From positions 124,001 to 188,000 of the forward strand of contig NMRA01000685.1 in the NCBI GenBank assembly GCA_002633005.1: a stretch of DNA of 64,000 nucleotides. Reading direction: 5' to 3'. Origin of the DNA: Phoronis australis. Its lineage: Eukaryota > Animalia > Phoronida. Under the pieces are notes generated by a model. That model searched no databases. It saw only the letters and a list, made by a program, of their open reading frames with translations, and was not told the DNA's origin. The position numbers were made by a program, and so were the translations under genes. This document shows, piece by piece, positions 1 through 15,000 of the stretch (position 1 is the first letter of the stretch; each line of letters opens with the position of its first letter).

Positions 1-3000
1 GAACTGTTTGACGAGTTAGTGGAGTGTGAGGTAGCTATTGTTGTGCCTCACATCAAACTGATCGTAGAGTTTTGTCTTGAGGTGAGTGATGCAGATCACC
101 GATATGGAGACCACTGTATAGGACATTTATGTATGATGGAATTAAGAATATGTCCTTTTGTGTAGACATGTTTTCAGGTGAGAAACTCTCCATGATTCAG
201 GGCTTTGAATTTTTCTCATTTATGAGGATTCCATCTTTTTTGGTTTTCTATTTTCTCTTATTCGAATTCCAGATTTTCGATTTTTTCATTTATTTTTATC
301 GTTATTTTGACTTCATTCATGCGAAAACGTTTATTTCAGTTAAATTTTATAACACAAAATATTTCTATTACACAAGCCTAATAATTTGTGGGATGATAAT
401 CATCGGGAAATTTTCGGCTTTTCTATCATTGGTCAGTCTAAGCCCTGATGATTAGTATTATGGAGAAATAGTGTGTACATAACAAGTGCAACAAAACATA
501 CATTTCACAAGATCTTCATGTTTTGTTAGGCTTTTGTCACACCAGTTGCTCTAAAGTTTTGTCACAATTGTTTGCTTACGTTGTTTCCATTCAGCAGATA
601 GTAAACAAACAACATCATGAATCATAGTTTTGATAAAAATCTTGTCTTGTTAAATTATATTCTTTTGCCGGTTGTGTATTGTTATGTTGCAGTAATTGTT
701 GATGTTGTTTAGAGCACTTACCTCCCAATATGAAGTTAAATAACTATGACTGGTGCACTCAATTCATAAATAGTTCCCCATGGCAGTCTGTCAAGATGTC
801 ACGTGTCAGTGATTGTGGCTGTGAAAGAATTCCATAATTTCAAAATTTTCGTTTTAGGTAAAGCTGTATGCTGTTCATCATCTGTTAGACCTGGGTGTTT
901 GGTTTTATTTAAATTTTAATTGACATGGAGATGACCATTCACTAATACATTCTTCTTGTCAGGTTGCCAGTAATCAGAGCTTGAATGGTAACATCAGAGT
1001 GAAGGTCCTCTCTTTTATTTCCTGGCTGACAAGATTGAAGAAAAAGGTAAACATGTGTCAAAGTCAATAGTGTGTCATGTTCGCATGGAAAAGGGTTTGT
1101 GCTGTTATCGTCTTTCCAGTATATAATTTTGAGACAAACATTTCACCTGTCGGTTCTTTGTTGCTGTGATCAGTCATGTATTGCAGTACCTTAGCACTTT
1201 TAGTGATTAAATACCTAAGGTGCAGAAGTGCCCAATACTGTAAAGGTTGACAGTAGACCTGGTCTACATGTTGAGGTACATGGACTATTCATTTTCTGAT
1301 TTTACTACGACAGTTTGTTCCATGTGCACCTTATTAAATCACTCACACACTCGTGAGCTCTTGTAACAAAATAAAATAAACATGTAAAAGACCTGGTGGT
1401 TCTGAAGTTAGGATAACTTCTTTGCCGATTTTCAATGAGAAGAGGTTTTGTAAACCTTTTTTTACTTCTGTTGGCATACCACAGAATTTATATTTAGTTA
1501 GTAATTTCAAGTATCTGCTTTGAGGGGCCTTTTTATCAGTGTTTTGGGACGCTTTAGTTATAACTGCTAAATGTTAGGAATCTCATTGCAGTCAATTCTC
1601 AAGTACAAGCTTGTCAAGCCCATACTGAACGTGCTGTTCCCAATATTGTGCACACCCCCTGAAGATGAGTCTGATACTGAGCTGGACGAAGACATTAATG
1701 AGGGGCAGTCCCCTGGATCAGCCTCGAGTCAGGTAAGGAGTTGAATAAATTATCTGGAACAATATTCGATGTTTTTGAGTAGTCTGGTCATCTTAAATCG
1801 TCATAATAGGAACACAGTCCTGTTCACTTTCAAGTCAATGGCCATCTTTATTCAAAGTAGTCTGGTTTTCTATATGCTTTGATGCATATTATGTTTTCAA
1901 TAAGTTACATTTGGTTGGGGTTGAAACCAATCCCAATACGTTTATTCTAACTGTTATCAACAGTATATTTCAAGCTTTACTAAATTTTCTTTCAGAAAGC
2001 ACCAGCTGCTTTTGCACAGCAGGTATTTTTATCAGTTGACTGAACTTTCTGTTGTTTATGTTTTAGTTATTTTGCATTAAGAGTTGACTGAATTGTTATT
2101 GTATTTCACACTTAATTGTTATTGTTATTTCACCCTTTACTCAGATTATTTGTGCTAGAGTCTTTGGGTTGCGGGTTTGATTTAAACATGTTTTTGTTGA
2201 AAATGGTGTTGCAGCGCCCAAGTTTTATTGCCTTCATTTACGTTTGTTCAGCACTGCTCTACAGCCTGCTTCTCAACCTGCCTGCCAGTGTTAATGGGAT
2301 TATGTAACAATTGTCTTTTTGACTGCCAAGTTGTCTTATGACATATAAGCTTAATGTTTGGTTTTACCAGTGTGTGTACGTGTTTCTTGCAGGTGATTGA
2401 CGTGATGGCTCTTCATTTACCTCCTGAGAAGATCGTACCACTTGTGGTGAGTTGCACGGATTGTATTCTGAAAATGGTGAAAAATTTTAAGCAATTGTTG
2501 GTTCATACATAGAATGCTGACATACCCTTAAAGTGCTTAAAATCACCAATTTCACATCACCAACACCAAAAAACAACCCTCAATCAGTTGTCAAATTAGA
2601 ACCCCGGCAAACACTATCTGACCATGTGTTAATTAATAGCTGATCTCAAGTTATGAGCATTTATTGGTAGAAACATACTACATAAAAGCGGCACAACCAG
2701 TCACGGTAATTGTCATCCTCCATTATGTTTAGTGTGAAAAGTCATCAGAAATTGCTGCTCGTTCTCCCATGGGTTATGTTATAATAAGGAATGGCGAGGC
2801 GTTACATTTGTGGTGGTTGTAATAATTTATTGTTTGACTACGCTGTGGTTCTTTTCACTTTCCCGCGGGACATCGGAGAATCTGCAGTATGGCACAAGTT
2901 TTTACAAGAAGTTCACATGTTCGTGTACATGACTGAGGAGTGCTGGGTACATTTACACGTCACGCTCATGCCTGTGGAGCTAAGAAACTTTCAATTAAAG

Positions 3001-6000
3001 TTGCTTTTCTTCGTTTTTGGTTTATTGAATTCAGGATTGTGATATATGCAGTCCTATAAAATAAGGATTAATGATGCTGACAATGGAGTTCCATTTCAAA
3101 ACAAGGTAAATGTTGGTTTTAAGCTCTTTCATAGTGTTCATTGGAGTAGGTTACACTGTAAGTGAACTTCAGAATGACCTGTTGGTGAAATGTGTCATAA
3201 GTTCAACTCTTCAGTTGGTATTTCGACTTCAATTAATTTCCTGTTTCGAGAATAATTAATGAGAAAACTCTATTTAAAGCAAATTGCTCAATTTTCATAG
3301 TAGACTTGACTTATATTTTCTCACAGCTACAATTTGTTGAGCCAGCCATACAGAGCAGCCAGCCATTTGAACGACGAGCCGCCTACTTTGCTCTAGCTGT
3401 ATGTGCTGAAGGGTGTGCTGATTTCATTAAAAGCCAGTAGGTGTCACCTTCTTTTATGGAATTTGTTGCTGTCCACTTTAATTTCAAGACTCCTAAGTAT
3501 GGTATACTTGACTTTATTACTAGGTTGGTGAACATAAAAGCAGTGATCCTTGTAATTGATGGGAGAGACTTCTGCTTGTTGATGTATGGTGGTCTTGTGA
3601 TTCTTAGTGAAGAAGTTTTGGTCACAGTTTCTATAAGCCTTGATTCCAAGATTGGCATGTAATCCGTCTGTCTGTTCAGGTATTGTTTTCAACGTATTCA
3701 AGCAGGTGGTCTCTTTCTCACCACAGGAAAACACGAATCGTTTGAATCTAGAACAACCCTATTGTTGACTGCCTGTTGACATATGTCTAATCAGTGTGCT
3801 CTTTGATGGTTCTAAACACGAGCCTCCAAAGGGGTGTCACTAAAATCACATGACCATCATATAGTGTTGATTTGGTTGTCATTGGAAGTCTCCTCAATGG
3901 ATACGCTACGTCATCTGGGCTGCCAGAATGCACAACTTATTGAGTGACAGGTAGCCACGTCTGCTGCTCTGTGGCTCTAATGAGCCTGGTCATTGTCAGT
4001 TGCAAAATCTAGTTTATTTCATATTAATGTAGTAACTGTTTGTTCCATGTCCAATAAGTTTCATGTGAACGTACTGATTGTTGGTGCGAAATCCAACAAG
4101 TTTCAAGTTAACTTTCTAATTGGTGCTTCAAAATCCAATAAATTTGAATGTGAATGTACTCACTATTGGTCGGAAATCCAATTTGTTTCATATAGTTAGT
4201 CTGAAATGGAATTAGTTTGATATTAACCTACTAATTGTTAGTCGGAAGTCTATTTGTTTCCATATTAACACACTAATTGTTAGTTAAAAATCTGATCAGT
4301 TTCATATTAATTGTATTCTGACTACTGGTTAACTGACACCCTTGATTTTATGAAATAAATATTGGCTATGAGCAGCCATGGCTTTCTTGAGTTGATTCTC
4401 ATATATTGTATTTGTTTACTGCACAGGCATCTGAAGTCTGCTGTTGGATGCGTGTGTCAAGGTATGAAAGACGACCACCCTGCTGTGAGATCAGCGGCTC
4501 TGTTTGCACTGGGACAGTTCTCGGAGCATTTACAGGTGAGTATTGTTGGTGAGCTGGTCACAGTTCATGTTGCTATGTCTCTGTTGCTATCCAGCTATCG
4601 CACAGGTCTTCAGAGGTCCTAAATCTATTTTTGTGTTTAACCATGGAAGTATGCATTTAGTGTCAACCAAAAGACCTGTTGTCTTGTTCTAAACGAGGTT
4701 CTTTTGGTACAGTGAATATTTATAAAACGGTCACAAGAAGTTCATTTCTATGTCAAAAATCATGTGAGTATAGATAGATGCATTTGCACACTAGCTAAAG
4801 CTTTGCTGCTATAATTAGAGCATCGTTGCAGTTGCATATTTTTAAGCCAGAGTTGAGTGGTTTTACTTCATGCTCCTTGGCCCCCTTTGTCAATGATTGC
4901 ATCCCTGGTCTTAACTAGGACTATTGCATCCCAGATTTTTTCTAGCACACAGTTCAGACGAGTGTTTTATGAAGATGGTGGATAACAGGGAATACGAACT
5001 ATGGTCAAGTTAATGCCAGTTGCTGTGTTTCATTGATAGATACAGAGTATTGATAATTTACGATGAAGTCATGAGCCTTTGGCAACCTAAGCAATGACCG
5101 GTGACATTATTTACTTAAAAGGACTTTGATCTCTTTGTCTATTACTCCAGCCAGAGATTAGTGATTTTGCCTCGACTATCTTGCCTCTATTGTTTGACTA
5201 TCTGGGCCAAGTAAGCCAGAGATCTGAAGAAAGGACTGCTATAGACAAAACCTACTACGCTCTGGAAATGTTCTGTGAAAATCTCGGTAAGGACTGATGC
5301 AGTGCCGTTATTTCAGGGTTGTCTTAAAGTGTCATCCGTTTTCGAAATATCTTGTGTAGTAACCAGTGGTCTAAGGTTTTTTTAAGTTAGATATTTATTT
5401 GCAGTGGAATGGCAGTTGGTTCTTTGTCTTATGTATTCTGGAGTGTGATTAATAAAGTCTTCCTGTAAGCCACTTTAGTGTCATAGTGTGTACTAGGTAC
5501 CACTGTGTTAGGCCATTACTTGTTACATATGGTGTGTGATTAATAAAGTCTTCCTGTAAGCCACTTTAGTGTCATAGTGTGTACTAGGTACCACTGCGTT
5601 AGGCCATTCGTTGTTACATATGGTGTGTTTTTTCTTAATAGAAACTTCCTGTATTTCTATGTCAGTGACATATTTTATTTTTTATAGTTGCGTGTCTTTG
5701 TATCAGTATGCTTTGATTTATCTGATCAGGTGAAAACATCAGTAGTTATCTCCCCTCGTTGATGCAGCACACTCTGCTTGTGCTGGGCACCGAGTCCTCA
5801 AGTCTACACCTGAAGGAACTGGCCATAAGCAGCATTGGAGCAATGGGTGAGGCGGACACTAAAACAAAATAGACTTGAACACCATATAGCAATGTGCATA
5901 AAGCATGAACTCTTGAGCTCGTGAGCATTAATTTGCTGATGACTCGACTTGAAAGTTGACCAGTCACATTGCATGCCATTTAAAACTTATCTTGAGACGT

Positions 6001-9000
6001 GGCACATGTTTGGGCAGTTTCCTAGTCGCGTCTTCTGTTTGTGTTGCCATGCTCTTGGTTTAAAGATATTTGGCTCTAGTTATGGAGGCTTATTTTGATC
6101 GTTTGTGATCTGCTTGTTTTCTGACATAATAGGCATGTCGTTCACATATCTGTCTTGGAATGGGTTGAAGCACTTTTCGATGTGAGTTTGCAACTTTTAA
6201 ATGTTGCCCAGGTCAACTTAACGTGAATTATTCAAACTTTTTAAATTCATTAAAAATCATTTGGTTGATATTAAATGGGGCACTTGCCTCTTTGACCTTG
6301 AATGTGGTGTTTTGTGATCTCATATAATTTCATTTCTTTGTTGACCCATTGCTACTCATGACCTCAAATCCTTTGTATTGCTCCAGCCAGTGCTGCCAAG
6401 ATGGCGCTGGTGCCCTACTTCAGTGACATCATGGGCCATCTTAAGAACTACTTGACTGTAGGTCAACTGGAGGACACTGTACCAGTACAGCTGCAAGCAT
6501 TAGGTATGTTTAATGAATCACTGCAAAGTGTGTGTAATCTCTGGTAAAACCCTGAGGTTAAAATGACATGGAATTCTTTGCCTGTGGACTGACTCCCAAG
6601 CAAAGCGCATTAAGACATTCCAACACACTATTCATGGTTGGTGAATTCTTCTGTATTACCTTGAATGTGATGTCTGATGGCCTTTCAACAGACTTTTCAA
6701 AAGTACTCCTGCACGTCCCAGCTAACAGAGCTTTGTGAGAAATTGTCTTCTAAATGTAAAGTCTAGTTTGATTTCTTTCTACTTAATAGGTGTATTGCAA
6801 ATTTTAGGCATTCTGTACAAAAAAAAAAACACTTCAACATCCAGTTCTGTCGTGGTATTCACATTCTGTCGTGGTATTCACATTTTTCATGGTACTAACT
6901 AATTGCGATTATTTTGAACACACAAGGTTCAGTGAAGGCGTCTCTTTTTATCATTATTTTGATTTTATTCATGCAAAAACATTTATTTCAGTTAAATTTT
7001 ACAACACAAAAAAATATTTCTTTCACACAAGCCTGTTTGTGGAGCGNTTGTTGACCCATTGCTACTCATGACCTCTAATCTTTTGTATTGCTCCAGCCAG
7101 TGCTGCCAAGATGGCGCTGGTGCCCTATTTCAGTGACATCATGGGCCATCTTAAGAACTACTTGACTGTAGGTCAACTGGAGGACACTGTACCAGTACAG
7201 CTGCAAGCATTAGGTATGTTTAATGAATCACTGCAAAGTGTGTGTAATCTCTGGTAAAACCCTGAGTTTAAAATGACATGGAATTCTTTGCATGAGGACT
7301 GACTCCCAAGCAAAGCGCATTAAGACATTCCAACACACTATTCATGGTTGGTGAATTCTTCTGTATTACCTTGAATGTGATGTCTGATGGCCTTTCAACA
7401 GACTTTTCAAAAGTACTCCTGCACGTCCCAGCTAACAGAGCTTTGTGAGAAATTGTCTTCTAAATGTAAAGTCTAGTTTGATTTCTTTCTACTTAATAGG
7501 TGTATTGCAAATTTTAGGCATTCTGTACAAAAAAAAACACTTCAACATCCAGTTCTGTCGTGGTATTCACATTCTGTCGTGGTATTCACATTCTGTCGTG
7601 GTATTCACATTCTGTCGTGGTATTCACATTTTTCATGGTGCTAACTAATTGCGATTATTTTGAACACACAAGATTCAGTGAAGGTGTCTCTTTTTATCAT
7701 TATTTTGATTTTATTCATGCAAAAACATTATTTTATTTCAGTTAAATTTTACAACACAAAAAATATTTCTTTCACACAAGCCTGTTTGTGGAGCGATACA
7801 TCACCTGGAAAATTTTGTCATTGGTTATTCCAAGCCCTGAAGTTTACAAAATATCATTTTCAACTCATCCCTACAGGTTTGAGTTTGATAGTTTCATTAT
7901 TTTACCGATGCATTCACAGGTAGACTAGTTTGTCGCTCTGCTCTGTTATTGTGATTATAATGTTACTAAACGTTGGTCGATTGAAAGTTAATTCTTTGTG
8001 GTAAAAACTTCATGTTTCCGTTAGATACTTTGGGTATCCTGGTCCGTACACTGGGAAGTCAACACTTTCTTCCACTGTGCCCGGAGTGTGTTCAGATGGG
8101 ACTGGACTTGCTGGAGATTCATACAGATCCTGACCTGCGCAGATGTGTGTAAGTTGGCTGTTGGTTGATTCTCAACCAGGTTTTCATTGAATAATGCAGC
8201 AATGCATAACAACGAATTGAAATTGATTGCAGCTGCATATATTCTATCAAAGGGTTTTGATTTTACTCGGTTATGTAATGCTTTGTTCATTTTCATGAAA
8301 AACTCTCAGTGACTCGAACTCGGTGTGATTTTCAGCTATCTACTTTTTCAGTTATGGGTTGTTCTCAGCTGTGTCCAGTATCAAAGAGTTCTCGCTGGAG
8401 CCTTACATAGCTTCTATAGTGCGCCACCTGGTGGAAGCAGTGCAATCGTCGGAGGGAATAATAGTAAGTGCGCCTTCTACAATACGTTGAAGCACGATGT
8501 AGACTTTTAAGCATCACTTGTCTTTTACTATACCCTGTTTGAAAGTGTTTGTAGTATTATATAGCTCAGTCTGTTTTGCATTATCTTATATCTAGTTACC
8601 ATCAGTCTTCTCTCAAAAATAGTGAGTGTCGCTCTACTTGGCTATTTTCTTTTTGAACTTCCTGGGTTGTCATGTGACTTAGAACTGACCTGGTTAATTT
8701 TCAAGTCAAATCAATGGCAATACTATGTTTTTGTTATGACATGAGGTCCATGCTTTGTGTGCGGTGTTCCAAACGTTATTCATGGTCCTGTGGCTAGTTG
8801 CATGAAGCAGTTCTAATAAGGACTGGACTATGTTCCCTAGATTTTCAGCACATTTGTAGACATTGTACAAACATTAATTTTACTTTCTTTTGCTATTTTG
8901 TCTTCATTGCTCTGAGTAAACTCTTAATATATCATGTTGAATTCTCAATATTATTGGAAATTAATGGCGACTATGTCCTCAAATTAAGAACATTGCCTGA

Positions 9001-12000
9001 GAAGGTCCCTCTTTATGGGGGCGTAAGTCCTAAAATTAGTCTAAAAATGCACTGCAAATTTAGGGAATATAGCTGATTGGGAACCAAGTTTTAGCTTTAT
9101 CTTGAATTCTTGGTATTATTATAAACAAATAGCGACTGCGTCCTTAAATTAGGGGCGTTGCCTGAAAAGTTCCCTATTTTTGTTCAATAAAATTAAAATT
9201 CCTCTAATATGACATTTTCTAATAATATTTCTGAAACTCGAGCCCTGAAAAGGAGTAAATCCTTAAAGGCCATTAATGCATTCAATCTATTTATTTTCTG
9301 CCTATTTTACATTTTCCACCTCATTGTACTTGACACGGAACATAACTCCTCAGGTCCAAATATCAAAACTCGAAAAATTTGGTTTATTAGTGAACTGTTT
9401 TGTTCATGTGTTTATGAAAACGCCTCTCCTTAGCACTGTTGACTTAGTGCATGTGCTACACTTGAGGTCAGAAGGTCTAAATGAAATGTTTATGCTTATG
9501 GTTAAAAACAAATACAACATCACTTCAATCACTGTTTTGTGACAGATTTGTAGCGCTTGTTCAGGAATCATGAAATGGTTATAGTGTTTTGTGACAGATT
9601 TGTAGCGCTTGTTCAGGAATCATGAAATGGTAACGTAATATAACGTAATAGTGTTTTTGGGAAGAAATGAAGCGAAATTAACAAGTTGCAAAAAATATTC
9701 ATTGCAAGAAATGTAATGCGTTGATAGACCTGAAAAGGTCCCTATATTCTTAGAAAATGCCACAGGAGCTCGCAACAAAGATCTAGTAATGGAAAAGTAT
9801 AACTAAATCTACAAATGCGCCGAAAATTTAGGGAACATACCTGAATCTCAATTGGGACCATTTCATGCAACCGGCAACTGGTGTTTTATGTTTAGGTGGA
9901 CTTGATGTGTGTTTACATTTTCTGCGATGCTGATAATAAACCGAAACTTCGATTATTACTATTATCTTTGTTTACCTATGCTCTGATTTTAAAGTTCATA
10001 ATCATATTTTGGTCTAAAATAAATGGGAAAAATCTGTTGTGAAGTATTGGCAGATCTGTTTAGTTCACGGAATGAAGGATATTCATAGAATGGCGTTGTT
10101 GAAGCGTTATGTTGAGTACAGTGTTTATTACTACTGCAGTCATCAGCTGTCCTCCAATTTTGTTTTTGCAGGCTCATTATGATGAAGAAGACAACAAACT
10201 ATTTCAGTTTTTTGATGAAGATGACGTGGAAGATGAGGAAGAAGACGGGGAAGAAGTTCAGGGGTAAGATGGGTGGAGGAGTATTTTTGAGAAATAAATC
10301 ATGTGTTCTTTCTTTCAGATATGTTCAATATTCTCTCTGGCATTTGCACCGACACTAATAAAGCCGTGAGTCTGTTGGGAAGGCTATGAATGGCCGTCAT
10401 AAATACTGCTTTGCATTTGTTTTAATGGGGTGTGATCATATTTGACTAATTACGATGGTGTTGGTTTGAAATTTTGCAAGTAAATGATTATTGAAAATAA
10501 TGAAATGTTACAAGGAAGATTTAGTTGCTTTGTTACACGTCATATATCTTGGATAAGGACAGAAATCTTTTCAGACTTAACTCTAGGTCACGTGATGTGA
10601 CCAACTTACGGTGTGTATGGAGACTAGTAATGCTTACATATACCATATCACCTCATTTATAACAGCGTAATTGTAGTAATGACATTTCTTTTTACAGCTT
10701 CAGTGTGGAGAATGCTTATTTAGAAGAAAAACAAGATGCTTGCAGTGCACTAGGGGAAATAGCAATAAATAGCAGGTAAACAGCCTGCTATCTTTGTCAT
10801 TGTCAACCTTTTAGTAGCTTTGTTCAAAAACTGCAGTGTTTACCTAAACGGCATTTTGTTTTTCGTGGCTACCCGTATAATTTCTTAAGCACAGTTTATT
10901 TGTTAGTCAAATATGCGAGTTATCGGGGACGACTAAAATTGACTTCAATAAGGTGACAAATCTTTATTGGCCATTTTTCGTGCTTCTGATTTTCAATGCA
11001 TTTTGCAGTTTGAACATTGATTTCTCTTTTTTGCATGAATCCATTTGCATGAAACGATGCACACTTATTTTATGGTGTCTCAAATTTTTTATCTTCTTTC
11101 AAACAAACGAGATATCAATCATTTAAAAGGAAGGACTTGAGATGTTGCTTATTTGAAAAAGGTCTGTCATTGTGAGATTTTTGCATCTACAGAACGCACC
11201 CATGGTTTAACCATCCCTGCCCAAGCACTTTTTAAAGTTTCTTACACCGTATTGCTTGCTTTATTCAGAGTATAAAATGTTTTTGAAAAACAGTATGATC
11301 GCTACTGACCACCGTTCTCTCATTTATGCTTTGCTAGCACCTTTATGATGCCTTACCTGGAGGACTCCTTCCGTATTGTCTTGCCTCTCCTTGAACATCT
11401 GTCACCAGAGGTCAGGCGGGAGGCAGTCACCTGCTGCAGTAAGATATGTGCTGCCACCTACCAAGTGGTGCAAGTAACACAGTCTGAAGAAACAAATCAA
11501 GGTACTTGTTTTTGCACATGTGTTCACAGCAACAGATTTAGTAAAAGCAGGGTTACGTAATCACATGTGGCTCATTGCCAAGTCTAACCCAGTGACATCT
11601 GTTGGATTAGTTTTTACTATAGACAGATTCAATTATGAAAACTCCGAATTCCTGGGGAGGGACATATTGTAGTCACGATATTAATTCACCATTACACACG
11701 TCAGATAAACACAGAGTCTGCACAGATAAACAAGCCATCTCAGCTGGTGTGCATGCTGTTGTTTATTTAGTAGCAATAGAAAGACTAAAAGTTTTAAACA
11801 TTTTGAATACCATTATTCCAGTGTCATTCACAAAATCAGGGGATAACGTCTACTTGATTGTCTTTGCTTGTGAACCTGCGTACTGATCTGATCAGAGATG
11901 AAGATTTGGGAGGCATGAACTAACTTACAGAGTCTTTGTATTGCCCATTCAAAGTGGTAACATGTACTGTTTCGTGTAGGGAAAGTTGATATACACATTG

Positions 12001-15000
12001 AGAAATTGCAATTCATTCCACAGGTGTATATGAGGCAAAGCATGCTCGTATAATTGTATATGGTTCAAAGATGATAAGCTTGGAAAGACAACCAAAAGTA
12101 CTTCAACAGACAAATCAGTAAATGCCTTACAAATGTCGATTCTCTTAGCCTTAACTTCATATACGTGGTGTTCAAGAAATTTCTGAAAGTATTTGTACGC
12201 ATCTGGGCACCAGTTTGCTCAACATAAATCTCACTGTATGGTGTATCTGCAGCAGTGAAGCCATTGTCAGTTCTGTGCAAAACTAATTTTGCTTAGTCCA
12301 TCACAAAACACAATTGCATTTGCATGTAATATTCCCTCTGGCCTTTGACTGGGTAGCAGCATTATTGTTGAACACATCATACTTATTTGATGATACAAGT
12401 TCATATAAGGTAGACCATGGTGTTGGAACTTGGCAATAATCTATTTACTACCTCCACCTTTATCACCTCCTATTTTAATTTGAATTTCATCCTGTGGCAT
12501 GCCATCTTTCCAATGTAAAAGGCCATGATGATCATATTCAAATAGATTCCTACCAACTCCGTTAAATCTGTACAATACTCAAAGGGTGTTTATAATTATG
12601 CCATTCACACTGTTGGGATTTTCAATGTCCCAAAACTCGAAATGTCTGTTTGCATGCAATACTCCCCATCACCTCGCTCAGAATTTTATCTCATTTTTTC
12701 AGCAAGTTCACAATACCAATCATTTTCAGCATCTGCTTGATTTTTCTTTTTTTGGCTCCAAGTAATGTTGGCATGATTGTATTGCAAGTCCTAATCTTGC
12801 AGAAATTTTCGTTGACTGCACACTTATGCCGTTTTTTTCGCAAATAACGTTTCTGCATTTTCTTTGACAACATTCTCATCCCTGATGGGTCATTGTCTCC
12901 ATTCATCAACAGAATCAATCTCACGTGTCCTTTTCTTCTTTAGATGAGATAGATCGAGGGATGATTGTTTTCTCGATTTGGTGGCTTTAGTGAAATTGGT
13001 GGGCGTCAAGTGAAATAGATGGCATTTAATTTAAGCACGTGTTGTGATTTGTTGATTTAAATATTTAATTGCTGCAATCTTAACAGGTGAAGGAATCATA
13101 ATGCTGAAGTATACTTATAGTACATGTGTACTAATTCGAATATAGTTATATGACGTAACATGGTATTACGATAACATTTTTACATTCCTGTCCTTTTGTT
13201 TTGACTTTCAACACATTGGCATCGCTGGTTTACCATTTCCGTTTGGCAAACTTGCAAAACATGAGTTTTTCTTGCTCTTCTAGCAGTGTGTCATCGCTTT
13301 TTGAAAAAAAATCTCCCACATTGTTTTGCGTTATTGAAATAAAGAACATACAGTTACGTTGAATCTTGTTCCAGGTCTTTCAGCGCTTCTAAAAACCTGT
13401 GTCCCAAAATTTCTTGCCGTCATCAAGTCAGATCTGGACCGCATGGTCGTCATGACAACCTTGGAAGCGCTAAAAACTGTGATTGACAGCTGTAGCAACC
13501 AGTTGGTGTCAGAGTTTATCGACTCGGTGTCAACATGCATCAAATGTGTGTTCCAGCTAAAGGTGGGTAGGGGCTATTTACTCATAATGTCTGATCTTTG
13601 TATATTCTCGATAACCAGGAAATCGACATGTTTTGCGAAAGCGCATGTTTCAAGGGAAACATTTTAGACGTGGACAAACTATATTAAAGATGGTTTTAAC
13701 TTTGGGATTTTGAATTGTTTCTGGTCAAAGAGAAATTTCTGTTAGATCTATGATCATATTTGCAGTCTGTGATCATATAGAAACAGTAATGTTTAAGCAC
13801 TTGTCGAATACAACTGTTAATTACATTTAATGCTACATCGACAGTTTAAATAATCGTTGGTCGCTGTATGTTGTGTTTCTAACAAATGGGGCTATTCGGA
13901 GAATCTCGCGGTGTCGCTTCTGTACTTGTGGTGATTGAATTGCGCATGCGTCGCTGTCTGCATGTAAACAGCTGGTAAAAAGACGAAATTGTTATCAAAA
14001 TACGTCGTCGCTAAGCCTTATTATTGCTATTTTCCCCGGTGCAAGTCTTCGACAGGTGGTCACAAATTCCCAAAAGACCTAAGGTTACTACATTCATGGA
14101 GAATTGCAGTCGAAAGGGTCAACCAAGTGACAAAAAGTTTGTGGATGCCGAAGCCCCGTGAGTGCGCTATGCATGTATTGTATACATCTAGTCTTTCTTC
14201 TATTGTATATGCAAACTGCTTCATGTCTTCCTGATTAGACAATGCTTGCTCCTTTATTGTTTAGTTTGTCTGTTTGATGACAGATGGCTTGTCAGGACCA
14301 GGATGACGGTGGTGATGATGAGGAGCAGGAGGCCGAATATGACGCCATGGTGCTGGAGAACGCGGGTGAGGTGATACCATCTCTTGCCAAAGTAGCTGGT
14401 GGGGCGGCATTTGCACCCTACTTTGCTGGCTTGTTGCCAGTGTTGCTGAAAAAACTGGTGAGAAAAACGAGAGTGTAGACGTCAAATTTATGAATTTTAT
14501 GGTGTTCAAGAATCAATATCATGCATAGTGTAATTCTTGCATTCCTCACTGATTGCTCTTCTATGCCGTGACTTACGAAATAGCGGCACACCTCCTGATA
14601 AGCATGCAGGTCAGCAGCCTCTCTTTTGCTGCTATGGAGATTCACATGTTAGCTTCTGTCTTCTGAATACTTTATATTTTATATCATGTTTAAGTCATAC
14701 CGGGAAATTATTACCGTGGGTTGCAACGGCGATTTAAGGAAGTGGGGTAAGCTGGATAAATATCCTTGGATGCAGGATGTCATATTTCACCCTTTCCTGG
14801 CAGTTCTGAAAGACAAAAGACAGCAAAGCCCATCATGCGCACAGCGCCACCGTTGTGCAATCAATATAATCTTACCTCATGGCCGAGAAGAGTGGGAGTG
14901 CGGAATGGGGGAATTGATCATAGTGAGGCATATTCAAGCACTCTGCAAATTGTCTTCTCAAGAATCCATGGATTAAAATAACCTTTATCTAAAATAAGAT

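Noticed and set aside
129-455. 108-aa ORF and the similar ORFs at 6871 and 7560
   Set aside because: These are translations of an intronic MITE family, not genes.
12691-12924. Lys/Arg-rich ORF as a nested nuclear protein gene
   Set aside because: Better explained as mixed frames of the decayed transposase relic.
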